A stretch of DNA of 64,000 bases from Salpingoeca rosetta. Lineage: Eukaryota > Protista > Choanoflagellata. Position numbers and translations under genes: made by a program. Shown one piece after another: positions 39,287-57,227 of the stretch. Each line of letters starts with the position of its first letter. Positions within the stretch are counted from its first letter, which is position 1. The stretch is from NCBI GenBank assembly GCA_033442325.1, contig JAWQFM010000011.1:517131-581130 (forward strand), read 5' to 3'. The notes beneath the pieces were generated by a model. It was not told where the DNA came from. It saw only the letters and a list, made by a program, of their open reading frames with translations, and searched no databases.

Positions 39287-41219
39287 GCGCGCGCGCGNNN
39301 NNNNNNNNNNNNNNNNNNNNNNNNNNNNNNNNNNNNNNNNNNNNNNNNNNNNNNNNNNNNNNNNNNNNNNNNNNNNNNNNNNNNNNNNNNNNNNNNNTAC
39401 ACGCGCGCGCGCGCGTCCACTCACCGGCAAGACGGCCTTGTTGTTGAGCGAGTGCATGGGCGGGTTGTTGCTGCTGCTGCTGTCGTGATGAGGGTGCGTA
39501 CGTGAGGGCGAGTGCTGCACTGCAAAGTCGTCCTGCGACATGTTCTCGTACAGCGCGCGTTTGAACTTGTGGCGGCGGCCAACAGCGACGAGCACAGCGC
39601 CATCGAAGATGCCTGCGAGCGTGTTCACGCGATGGCCCTGCAGGTCGCACATCTGGAGCCGGTGGAAAGTTCAGGGGCGGAGGGCAATTGACATGGAGGT
39701 GAGGTGAGGGGTGGATGGCGATGCAACGTGTGTCTGAGCGAGAGAGCGAGAGAGAGAGAGTGTGTGTGTGTGTGTGTGTGTGTGTGATTGTATTATGGAG
39801 GTACCAAAATGCTAGCAGCGCTGCCCTGTCTTCAGTGTTCATCAGTACACCATTCACGTGGAACATAGCGCACGGCAGCACCTTTCGGATTGGTTCGGCG
39901 GGGAGGGCGACGCGTTCCTCAATCTGCCGGAACACCTGATCGAAGGTTAGTCGGTCGCGCTTGCCAAGCATCAGCTTCACCCCGGGACCCGTCTCACCGT
40001 TGCGCAGCACGCTGGAAGAACGCGGAGTCGGGGGTAGGGGCGGGGTGTCGTGTGAGGTTGTCGAGCAAGGCAGATGGCGAGGTGAGCACATGTCAGTGGA
40101 ACACGAGAGTGGATTTGCACGTAAAACAACACAGAAGTACATGGACATGCATGCAAATGACACTCATGTCAGACAAACACACGCACACACGCAACACAAC
40201 ACAAAAAGCGTCACCTCCCCCCCTCCTTCTCTTCTGCCCGAACAACTGACGTGATGATGATGGGCCTGGTTGCTGCGGCGGCTTTGCGTGCGCGGCCGGA
40301 GCGAACAGGCTTGCGGATATGATGCACAGGCGGCAGCGGGTTCACTGCCCCGCCTCGCAGCGGCTTGCCCAGCGTCTTTGCGTCGGGGATCTGCGCATAT
40401 GCGTATGGGCGGAATCGCTCCTTGCCGGCAGCCACATACGCGCGGCCGTCCTCCAAATCAAGGATGGCGCGGACACGGTGCCCTGTCTCGGCATCATACA
40501 GGCGATGCACCGCACCAAAGTTGGCCTTGACGCCCTGCGTGACCTGCGTTGTTCAGCCACCACAATTGTAGCAACAGCAGTTGTGCACATCAGTATTGCC
40601 GCGTGTAGTGTGTGTGTGTGTGAGTGAGTGCGTTAGTGAGTGCGTGTGTGTGTGTGTCTGTGTGTTTGGGTGTTTGTGTCTGTGTGTGTCTGTGTGTGTC
40701 TTCTGTCTGTCCTGGTGTGAAAACAGCGGGAAAAAAAACTTAGACGTGTACATCACTCGACCCGACACCCCCCCCCACACACACGCATGGACACGCACTG
40801 CAGCGAAGCAAGTCAGAGAGTCGACACATACCACGTCCAAGAAGACGGTAAAGTCAACTTTTGGGTTGCGGATGAGAATGTTCCGTCCGGGAAAGTGGGT
40901 GTCCCCATTCCTAACACAATGAACATCATCAGCAGCAGCCACAACAGTAAGAATTGGGTGATCCCTCCTCACACAAATGAGTGTATGTTTGTGTGCGTGC
41001 GTGTGTATGTGCGTGTGTATGTGTGTGTGTGTGTGCGTGTAGTCGCTGGGGGTGGTTAGGTGAACGGCAGGCACTGCGGAGACAGCGTGCGTGCGTGCGG
41101 ACATCAAATCACACAGGACAACCCACACAAACACGTTTGTGTGCACACAGGACCCAGACGAACCGATACACACGGATCTTGCGGGGCTTGAACGGCTCTG
41201 CCGCTGTTGGGTTGGACAT
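37837..41219 (-). CDS. Tandem doublecortin-domain protein (DCDC2-like) with a very acidic tail
   Basis: DCX1: KIRV..RNGDTHFPGR..FTVFLDV|VTQGVKANFGAVHRLYDAETGHRV..LEDGRAYVAAGKERF. DCX2: IIT|VLRNGE..TFDQVFRQIEERV..PIRK|MCDLQGHRV..VAVGRRHKFK. Final exons are E/D/Q-rich. Confidence 0.88.
39298..39397. other. Assembly gap (100 N)
   Basis: Run of N inside a DCX-gene intron. Confidence 1.
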
Positions 41220-41368
41220 GGTGGCCCTTTCTTCTTCTTCTTCCGGCCCACTCGTTTGCGAGCTGGCTGACAGAGGCAAGCTCACACACACTCTCTCTCT
41301 CACACAATAGGGACGAATGAAGGCGCAGGTGCAGGAGTGGTCGAGTGCAGCACAGTCAAAACAAGCAA

Positions 41369-41382
41369 GTTGCCAAGGAAAA
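41369..41382. promoter_or_regulatory. RFX X-box-like site upstream of the DCX gene
   Basis: GTTGCCAAGGAAAA, one mismatch from GTTGCC-NN-GGAAAC, 150 bp upstream of the ATG at 41219. Confidence 0.5.
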
Positions 41383-41418
41383 GTAGACCAAGATGCAGCG
41401 AATTCTCCACAGTTGTTG

Positions 41419-41578
<160 letters not shown>

Positions 41579-41745
41579 TGTGTGGCATCGTTTCTTGCTT
41601 CGTTCCTTCCATCCTTCCATCCTTCCCCCGCCCTTCTCCCCTTCCCTTCTTTGTTCAATCTTGCGAACCCACTGCACATGACTGAGTGCATCGACTTGTT
41701 CAATACCACCCAACATGGAAAAATACGCACACACACACACGCACA

Positions 41746-47341
<5,596 letters not shown>

Positions 47342-49306
47342 GATGACAGTTGCTTGCTCGCTCGCTGGCTGGTTGGCCGGTTGGCCGGTTGGCTCGCTGC
47401 GTGTCTGCCTCTGTGACGTACCCAGTGCCTCGCTCCCCTCGTCTCGCTTGCTCTCCCTCGTCTTCTTGAGGATGCTGGTCACACGCTCTCCTCGCACCAC
47501 AGCCACACTGCCACACTGCCACCTTTTTCTTTTCTCTCGTGTGTCCGTTGCTCCCGCTCGTTGTTTTTTTTTTACATTATCCTGCCGTAGATTCGATGCG
47601 CCTCTAAAACACGACGCTGCGCGTGTGAGTGCGTTTCCGCCCATGTTTTGGGCTCTGGCGTGTTGCTTCGGTGCGTCTGACCCAACCTAGCCGGGTGGCG
47701 AAGTTGAAAAGTATTCCTTCGTGAACTCCCCCTCACACCATCAATCCTGCATGTTGCACGGCACGGCAACGTGCATTTTGAAACCGTCGTGCACGACATT
47801 GCGTTCTGGGCCCCAAGGAACGCCTCCAGTATTTCACGCATCCTACTTACAAGCACACGTCGGAGGAGCAAAACACAAAAGAAGCAAGCAACAACACAAC
47901 AACGCCAGCAACAAAGTTGATGGTAAAGTTGTTCACGCAACACAGATACGCTCTTCTTCCCCAGCCAGGTTTTGTGACCCACTGTCCAACGTGACCCGCC
48001 ACATTCTTGACCCGTACGTCCCACCAGTGGTAGGTCACGTTTTGTTGTGGGACATCCCTCACCATCCCAGCAAGGCACAGCATCATCACATCACACACCA
48101 TACCTGCTGCAGTTTGCCCCACCCACGCGCGGATTGCGCATGTCCATGCCCTTCGCTACTGGCCGTTGCCAAACATGGTGCGTGTAACGAACTTCCACAT
48201 GCCACGCCACATGCACACACACGCGCTCGCGTGTAAACACATGCACACACACGAACGAACGAAATCGCAGGTTTGATTGGCGAAGCAACACCGCTCGATC
48301 GTCCGCGGCAGACGACAAAAACCAAACGCAGCCTCACCAAGCAACCAACGAACGAACAAACGAAAAGGATCTCACATCGCATTCCCGCGCACCGGTAAGT
48401 TGTCCAACTTGCTTGTTGCTCGTGGCCTTCTTGCTCTGCTTGCTGGCACTTGTGTATGCACACGCAATCGCAATCGCCAACGCAGTCGCGTGCCCTCTGC
48501 CCGCCTGCTGCGGTGAGCTCATTCGTTGTTTGCGTCGTCGTTTTGACGCGGCGCGCATACACGCACACCTGCACGAACCACAGCAAGCACACACACGCAC
48601 ACACAGGAAGGAGCAGCAGTGCAGAAAGAAGGGGGGAAAAAAGCACAAACGCAGTCGCCAGCCACGCCAGAACACAACCAGCACCAGTGGTGTGGCACGC
48701 TGCGGTGTCCTCTCCGACTGGCCTGTCTCAACGCCCGCCTGCACACGCGCGGCAAACTTCCTGCCTTCCTCGCTGCCGTCCTCCAAAAACCACGCTTGAG
48801 GTCTCCTTCCTTTCCTGACCAACCCACGACAATTGCCTCGATCAAGATCAAGCCCCGCCACGTTCACGAGGGCCTGTCCATTTGCATCTTCCAATCCGTG
48901 AGTAAGAATCACTCACGCGCGCGCGCATACTCACACCTACTCACACAAGGCACACCTTGCTTCGCGATGCCCATCAAGCAAGCAAGGGTCGCCCCAGCCC
49001 CTGCCCACACTATCCAACAACACCTGCAACCGCAACCGAGCGTGTGGCGTTGCACGAAGTGTGCGTGCGTGTGGTGTTGCTTCAGCGGGTCGCAATTCGC
49101 CCCCTGTCGTCGTACTTCTCTCACGCACGTCCAAACAACTTTTTTTTTTCCACACTCGCTTGCTGGTCTTGCTCGACAACACCACAACACCACCCACCCA
49201 CCAGCACCACCTCGCTCATCCATTTCCCCTCATTCCTTCTTGCTGCACTGCTGGCGTTGCTGCTGTCTCTCTCTCCCTCCCTCTCCTGTCGGTACCCACC
49301 ACACAT

Positions 49307-49650
49307 CACTGGGTTTCGTACGCGGATTTAAGAATTCCCGAGTGCATCACGGTAGGAGGATTGAGCGTAGGCAGGATGGCCCTAATTTTGCGAAGTATAG
49401 CAGAGACCAACCCTAAAACACATCTGGCGTTACGGATCTGGCAATTTTGAAAACGCTGCCCCGCGAAAGCCGGCATAGGGTTCGCTTGAAGAGCACGGGT
49501 TACGACCCTGAACGGGGTTACCTCGGGGGGGATTAGGGCGACCGTTTCCCATGAGATTTCGGTAAGCTCTCCCCTCCCACTTACCGACAACGCCGCACCT
49601 CTGTACATCAACGCCTCTTGGATAAATCAGACGAGATTGAGGTGTCATAG
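49307..49650 (+). ncRNA. Candidate structured RNA element (unclassified ncRNA, 5' UTR element or repeat)
   Basis: Multiple nested helices found by eye, G-U pairs favouring the + strand, and GAAA and UACG tetraloops. See the corresponding finding. Confidence 0.4.
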
Positions 49651-50618
49651 GGTGAGAAAGTAGCAGGTCTATGCCACCACGACACGTCGTCGTCGTCTCT
49701 CTCTCCTCCTCCTCCTCTCTCTCTCTCCTCCTCTCTCTCTCTCTCTCTCTCTCTTTGCCTCCTCTTCCACCCGCCACCTACCTGCCTTGCTTCCCCTTCT
49801 CGCGTGTACCTGTTTGTGTCGCTCTCCCCATCACAGCAACGCAACAGCGCCCCAACGCCCAGCAGCAACACATTTGGCAGGAGCTCTCTGCCCATTGCGT
49901 ACCATCCCATCCCATCCTCGCCCACATCCGTCTGTCAGTCTATCAGTCTATCTTGCTTGCTGAGCGCTTGACGCTTGTCACGTCACTTTTGTCTTGGCTT
50001 CGCGCCCAAAACGCATGCCTCCAACGTTGACTTGTGCGCGTGCTTGTTTGTTTGGTCAGCCCCTTGCCTGCAGCTCTGCTGGCCGTGCTTGCTGTGTGCA
50101 CTTGACTCGTGTCTTCCTCATCTCCTCACCATCTTCATCATTGCCATCCATCATCATCATCATCATTGTCACTCGCGCGTTCAGTGTCTCACGCTGCTTC
50201 TCTCTGCCTGTTTGTTCTCTCGTGTTGCTGGTGGCTGGGCACGAACCACCACCATCGCTGCCGCCACCATTCGCATCATCATCATCATCATCATCATTGC
50301 ATGTGCCTCCATTGATTTGCTTGCCGACTGACTGGCCGGCATCAGCCACAGCAACCAACCCATCGCAGCAACTAAGCCCCCCACGGCAGCTGTGTGAAGC
50401 ACTTCCGCCTCTCCACTCAACTGTTTGGTGGTGGCATGAGCGTTGAAGGATAGCAGCCTCCTCTTCGTCAACAACACCTCTCATCCAACAAAGAGGGCGC
50501 GTGACCTTGCCCTCCTCTCCTCCATCTCATCAGCACCACCACCACCACCACCACCACCACCAGCAGCAGCAGCAACAGCAGCGACAGCATCCGTGACGAG
50601 TGTGCTGCAACAGAACGC

Positions 50619-52332
50619 ATGCACACGATGCCAACACCACCAGACGACAATGACGCCACACCAGTGGCGTCGTCGTCATCCTCCTCCGCTTCGCCACTGG
50701 TCCAACCCAAACGCAAACCCACCACCCCGAGCTCCTCGCGTGTTGATGACACGCAATCAACTTCCCACAAAGGTCCTGCCTCTTCCCACTCAACATTTCC
50801 CTACAACACACGCAAGCACATGCACACACACCCACACACACCCAAGCACCCCACCCTTCACCGCCTCTCCACCTAAACACCAAACAACATTTCTACACAC
50901 CCCCAACGCACCCCAACGCCCTTTCAAACCACACATGCATGCGCACCTACGCCTGCCTAAACGCGCGACAACATGTTTGGCACAGGTCCTACAAACACAT
51001 CACCAACAAACACATCACAACACAACAACATAACACATCCTACAAACATACACATGCAACACACACACACACACACTCACGCACACACACGCGCGCGCAC
51101 ATCACAACACACCAGCATGTGAAACCACCACATCACACTCTCAACTCTGCGCTTGCACACCTGTGTTTCTTTGTGTTGTGTTGTGTGTGTGTGTGCGTGT
51201 GTGTGCGTGCGAACCATTTGCTACTTGTGCATGTCGTGCCTCGCGTGTGTGCGATCCAATCAACGACGTTGTTCCCCATTCATTCATTTCTCCCACGAGC
51301 TCACACCTGACCTACCCGCTCTCGCTCTCTTGCTCGCTGCGCCATCATCGCCATCAACTTTTTTTTCCTGCACTTGCTTGACTTGACCTCTGTCTTTGCA
51401 TGCTTGGCCTCTGTCCTTCCTCCCACCTCCCCACATCTTTTCCCACCCCTCTCTTGCCCATCTTCTGCACGAACACAAACACCAACACAAACACCAACAC
51501 AAACACCCCTTCCATTATTGATCCATCCTCCCATTCAACCATCCTCTTGCGTGCAACCCATCCCATCAACTTCTTGTGACCAAACTCTAACTTCACTTGC
51601 TTGCTTCCTTGCTTGTGTTCGTTTCCTCCGGTGGGCCTCAACCAATTCCCCCCACAACCCCTCTCCAATTCGACTTACCCATACCTTTGACCCCCGCGCC
51701 ACCTCCACACTATTCCCTCGGCTGCGGCCCTCTCGTTGTTGTTTTTTGTTTGCCGCGCAGGCGATGCTCCCTCAAGCGCAACACGAGCTATGATGGCAGG
51801 AATGACACCCTCGCCGCCACAACCAGCAAAGACAGCAACTACAACAACTACAGCAGCAACAGCACCGTCATCAACAACCGCAGATGCAACAGATGCAACA
51901 GCCGCCCCCACTCTCGCCTCCTCGTCAGGAACTACGGGCCACGCGCAATCAACATCCACGCCAACGGCCCGCAAGCACCAATGTGACCCGTCCAGTCCAG
52001 AATCTGCTGTTGCATCCACACCACCCGATCACTCCTCAACCGCACACCGCCGCAGCCGCAGCAGCCGTCGCCAGCAGCAGCACCAGCAGCAAGAGCAAGA
52101 GCAAGAGCAAGGGCGTGTGGCCGCTTCTTCTTCAGACACAACCCTCCACACGAGCATGGTGCAAGCATCCCTCCACGCCCACAGCAGTGATGGCAGTGAA
52201 GACGCCCGTGAACCCCACGATGGGCGTGCGACATTTCGCAAACCCAAAGCGAAACAGGGCGTCGGCGGTCGGAAAGGCGGTGCTGCCCCCCGCACACGAC
52301 CCAGCAGGTACAAGGACGACGACGACGACGAC

Positions 52333-52376
<44 letters not shown>

Positions 52377-52810
52377 CGCTGACGCCGATGATTGCGCAGC
52401 AGCAGACAGCGGCTCGGATGCTGATGGGGACAACGCATACCATGCGGCCGGTGTAACCGCCGGCTCTGAAGGACAAGGACAAGCGAGTCACCGACGGGAG
52501 CAGCCACATCCGCAACGCTATCGTCGCAGTCGCCGCAGTGGTAGCAGCAATGGCAGCAGCAGTGGTAGTGCTGGTACTCAGCGCAAGCACAGAGGTGAGC
52601 CGTCATCCCCACCATCATCACCATCATCATCGTCGTCATCATTATCTGTACCTTCTTCGCCGCCGCAGTCTCCACCAGACGCAGGCGTGCAAGCAGGTAC
52701 GGCGGGCGATGTGAACAGACCACGTGCTCGGCACTCGCGCCATGATCGGCGACGCCACAGCAAACAGCGGACTCGTGATAATGATGACGACGATGACAAC
52801 AACAACAACA

Positions 52811-52850
<40 letters not shown>

Positions 52851-53532
52851 TAGGCACCGCCGCCACCGCCGCAGCCTCCACCAGAAGCAGCGCCGAAAGC
52901 CAGAATCTGACGAACGCCCCTCGGCCGCAGCAGCAACGAAGTCATCGACATCGTCGCCATCGCTGTCGCGGATACGAGGCAAAGACGCCCGTGCCCCGCC
53001 GAGAGAGGTGGACAGCGGCAGCTCAGGCGCTGGCGTCGGCGCTGCGCGTGCGGGTGCATTGAAACGTCGTCACCGCAGAGGCAGCGCAAACGGCAACAAC
53101 GCCGCCCGCGAGCCAACAACGCAGCCACATCCCCACAGCCATCAACAGAAGCAGCAGCAGCAGCGCCGACGGCAGCTAGAAGGCGATCTGAGCAGCTCGT
53201 CCGCGATCTCGTCATCAGCACAGCAGGGCGCGCGAACGCAAATGACAACAAAGCCTGCGCACGGAAGCGGAACAAGTGCACCTGTGGTGCCGACGACGAC
53301 AACAAACTCCCGGCTGATTGGCGGTGGTACCCAGCTGCAGCCGTTCCATTTGCCGCCATCCATGGTGTCATCCCTGACAGCGGCATCTCCCTCTGCTGGT
53401 GCTGGTGCTGCTTCTTCTTCGTCTTCTGTTGGTGCGCGAGGCGCACGGAACGCGTCGTCTGCCAGATCCCAACTCGAGCTTGCCCAGCGACAACGTCAGC
53501 AGCAGATGCTCATGCTTCTCCAACAACAACAA

Positions 53533-53584
<52 letters not shown>

Positions 53585-56500
53585 CCCAGCACCAACAGCA
53601 ACACCACCATCAACAGCAACAGCCGCAGCAAGCATTTCTGACAGCACAGCAGCAGCTGTCGCTCTGGGGACAGCCTGGCGTGTCGGCACCAAGCTCCCTT
53701 GGCCTTGCGCCAGGATTCAACCAGCAGCCACCACTGTCCCTGGCCACGGGAATGCAGCCGTCGTCGTTATTGTCACAGATGCAGCAACCTCCTCCATTGC
53801 AGCAGCCACAACAGCAGCAGTATCCGCCATCCGCGTACGTGGGATCGTCGTGGCTTCCCCAGTCATTCAATGCACAGCAGCAGCAGGCAGGGCAACAACA
53901 GCCGCCGCCACTGCAACCACCGCAACCGCAGCAGCAGCAGCAGCAGCAGTCGCCCTGGCTTGCAAATGCAGGTGCCATGGTGCCGTCGATGTTGCCATCT
54001 CAGCAACAGCAGCAACTCCCTCAGCAAACGCAATTGCAGCTGCTGCTTCAACAGCAGCAGCACCAGCACCAGCAAGCCCAGCACCAGCACCAACAGCTGG
54101 CAGCATTGCAGGCCATGCAGTACCAACAACAGCTGCAAGATCCACAGCAGCTGCAACAGCAACTGCAACAGCTGTCCAACCCTGCGCTGGCACAATATCT
54201 AAACACGTTCCAGGGCGCGCCTGCAATAAGTAACCCCCTGCAGTCACAACAGCTACAGCAACTGCAGCTGCAACACCAGCAGCTCCTCCAACAACACCAG
54301 CTCCAGCAACAGCAGTTGCAGCAGCAACACCAGCAGCAGCAACAACAGCTCTATGGATCCCAGGCCGTCAGCAGCCAAGGCATGCCCTCACAGGTTCGTC
54401 GCTGCGTCCATAATATGCTTGACAATCACCACGCCTGCCCCCCCCCCCCCCCTCGCCCGCCTTCTACACAGAATGCAAGTAGAAGTCACTTCTTTTTTCA
54501 CCCTGCGCTGTGCATATGTGTGTGTGTGTGTGTGTGTGCAGGTTGGCGGGCCACAGTCTTTCCGCGGCGGCGGCGGTGACGGAGGCGGAGGAGGGGCAGA
54601 CGTAATGACAATGACACCAACAGCGATGCTGGGCCACAACCCGCCGTCAAAGCGCCCGCGACAAATGTCAGGCGCTGCGTCCTCGGAGTCGTCCTCGTCG
54701 CGCCCAACCGTGCCCTGCCCAGTCTGTGGCGCAATGGCACGCAAAGCAACAAAGCAGTACGTGGTGGCTCGTGCTTGCTTGCATGCATACAAACAAGCAG
54801 GTCTCACTCTGTGTGTGTGTGTGTGTGTGTGTTTGTGTTTGAGAGGAGGGCGAGGCTTGCCTTGTTTGTGGCGCACCACAATTATGCCTGCAAGCATTTT
54901 ATCCGCTCACGCTGACGTCCAACCACACCACCTTGCATGTGCATCTTTCACCACCAACAGGTTCTGCACACGTTGCTACAGGTGGGTGTTATGTCTGTGC
55001 GTGGGCTTGCTTGTGCCTGCAAGCACGGGCCGTTTTGCGTGTTGCTGTTGGTCTGCCGCTGTTGGCTGCGGTGGTGAAACGTCTATCTGCACCAACTTGT
55101 GCACAACTGTTCGCCCGCATTTGGAGATGATTCCGCCAACATGTGCTACGCGCGACCGTTTTGCTTCATTTCATTTCGTTTTGCTTTGGTGGCAACTCGT
55201 GTTCGAAATCGCTGTTCGAGAGACAGTCAGTCGTGCAACTTTCGGTTTGCATCATTTTGGACTTGATCCGTGTAGTGGAGCTAATTTTGGCGTCGTGCAA
55301 GACTTCAAACCCCCAGCTCACCTCCTTCTTCTTGGCGCGGTGCAAATGCCTGTGTTGCATATTCGCTTGCACGCCATGCAGTGGCCTTTACAACGACATT
55401 CGCAAGTGGATCCGGGACTCTGCTCCGCGTCACGCTGACCCCGTCAACATTGCGCCCGAGCAATTTGCGGAGGGTGAGATGACCCACGCAATTTCAGCAC
55501 ACGCGCACGTGTTTCTTTGTGTTGCACTGGTCTGTCTCGGGCTCGTGTACACGCGTGTGAAACTATTTCTGCGCGTGACCACGTTTTTTTGGAGGGGGGG
55601 AGGGGGTTGTGCTGCTGCTCTCGCTGTGGCGTTGCACATAATGTATTGGTTGCTGTTTTGGTTTAGCTTGTGTTGTGGTTTGGTTTAGGTTTGTGTTTTT
55701 ACTTTCCTCTGTGGCTTCTGTTCATTCTGTTCAGCCCCAACCTCCCTTGCCGAATTGTTACACCTCCATTGTTCACATGCGAGCATGAACGCATGCGGTG
55801 CTCCCTGCTTTGCCTGCAAGCAAGTAGGCATATATTTGTTTGCGCGTCTCCGCTTGGTTCTGCCGGCTGAACCCCTGGTGCTTGTTGCGTGGCTCCTACA
55901 CACGCTCACAACGTGTTTCGTGCTCTCTGCTCGCGCACATGCGTGCATGCACCTGCAACACCCACACACAACAGACCTGAAGCAGATTCCACGTGGCTGC
56001 CGTCATAACTACACATGCGAGGCTGTGTTCGGAAGAGGTATTGTTCGCGTGTTGTTGGAGTCGCGGCTTCGTGGCGTTGCGCGGTTCTCACCGCAGCAGC
56101 AGCAGCAGCGTGCACGTGTGTGGGTGCGCGTGGGTGCGTTAAATTCTTTGTGCGCGGGAATGTTGTGTGGGTGTGAGGGCAGGTGCGTTAGTTGCCGTGG
56201 CCGGGTGGGGTTTTCGTTTCGTCGAGTTCTTTCCGCGCATGTTTTTGAAAACACGCGTCACCAAAAAGATGGTGGCAGTTTGGTGTAGTTTTGTTTGATT
56301 GTGCCGTTGCGTTGTTGCGTGTTGTCTCCTCCTCTTCCCCACCAACAGCTAGTTTGATTCGTCAATGTTTCGATGTTTGAAACATTGGGGTTGCGAAGTT
56401 GCGTGCACGTTGTTGTTTGAGCACACCCGAACGTGATCACCAATTGCGTGATGCAATTGTGTGTTCTTTGTCCTTGTGCATTCGTGACCGTGTCACATGC

Positions 56501-56973
56501 GGTAACACATGCAGTCACGTTGTGGCGTGAACAGAGCAAAAGCGTTTGTTCAGGCGTGTACTTCAGTCGCAAGTGTTTGCTTCATTTTCTCACAGTTGTT
56601 GCACGTTGTGTGTGTGTGTTGTGTTTTTGTGCGCGCGCGCGCGTGTGTGTGTGTTGTGTTTTTGTGCGTTTGTAGTGCGCGACTGCAACCGGTGTCGCAG
56701 CATCAAGCTCCTGCTGACGTGGCCAGACATCTTCCGTCAAAGTGAGAACGCATCACACGATTGCACGTGCCACATTGTGCTGCGTCACGTGCACACACGT
56801 GGGAGGGTGCTGCAGTTGCGCTTGTTGTCACCAGTGTGTGTGTGTGTGTGTGTGTCTGCTTGCTGTGATTGCTTGCTGTGTTTGGTTGTGCCGGTGCAAT
56901 GGCTGCCGTTGCGGTGATTGCTGCCGCAGTGGCGATGGCAGCCTGCCAATGCACACACACACACACACACACA

Positions 56974-57030
<57 letters not shown>

Positions 57031-57227
57031 TCACACACACACAAAAAAGCACAAACCACAACACACCCCATCATGTCATTGTTGCTCACAACTGCTATCG
57101 CTGTGTCGCGCTTGACCCTCCTCCTCGCCCCCTCCCACCTGTCTGTTGTCCACATATGTATGTAGTGCTGCTGAAGGCGCTCGACAACCACCCATGCGAC
57201 GTGACTGCAAACCCCCGCTACCAATGA
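50619..57227 (+). CDS. About 1,100-aa polyQ/disordered protein with a C-terminal nuclear-receptor-like double C4 zinc finger; putative transcription factor
   Basis: Phase-consistent exons 50619-50772, 51761-54393, 54542-54756, 54961-54981, 55382-55473, 55975-56037, 56676-56741 and 57166-57227, all GT..AG, total 3306 nt. Contains polyD and polyQ tracts, an NLS-like PPSKRPR and eight Cys in two clusters. Confidence 0.8.

Noticed and set aside
49400-49480. Cobalamin/TPP riboswitch, group I intron or U4 snRNA calls for the structured element
   Set aside because: Only isolated short words match (GCTGCCCCGC, CAGAGAC, GGCAATTTTG); the other required conserved segments are missing.
55275-55381. Possible extra exon (VELILASCKTSNPQ..CKCLCC) in the zinc-finger gene
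   Set aside because: That reading needs phase 1, but the preceding exon ends in phase 2. The 55382 acceptor gives a clean in-frame join. Use of the 55275 acceptor would shift frame and stop at 55438.
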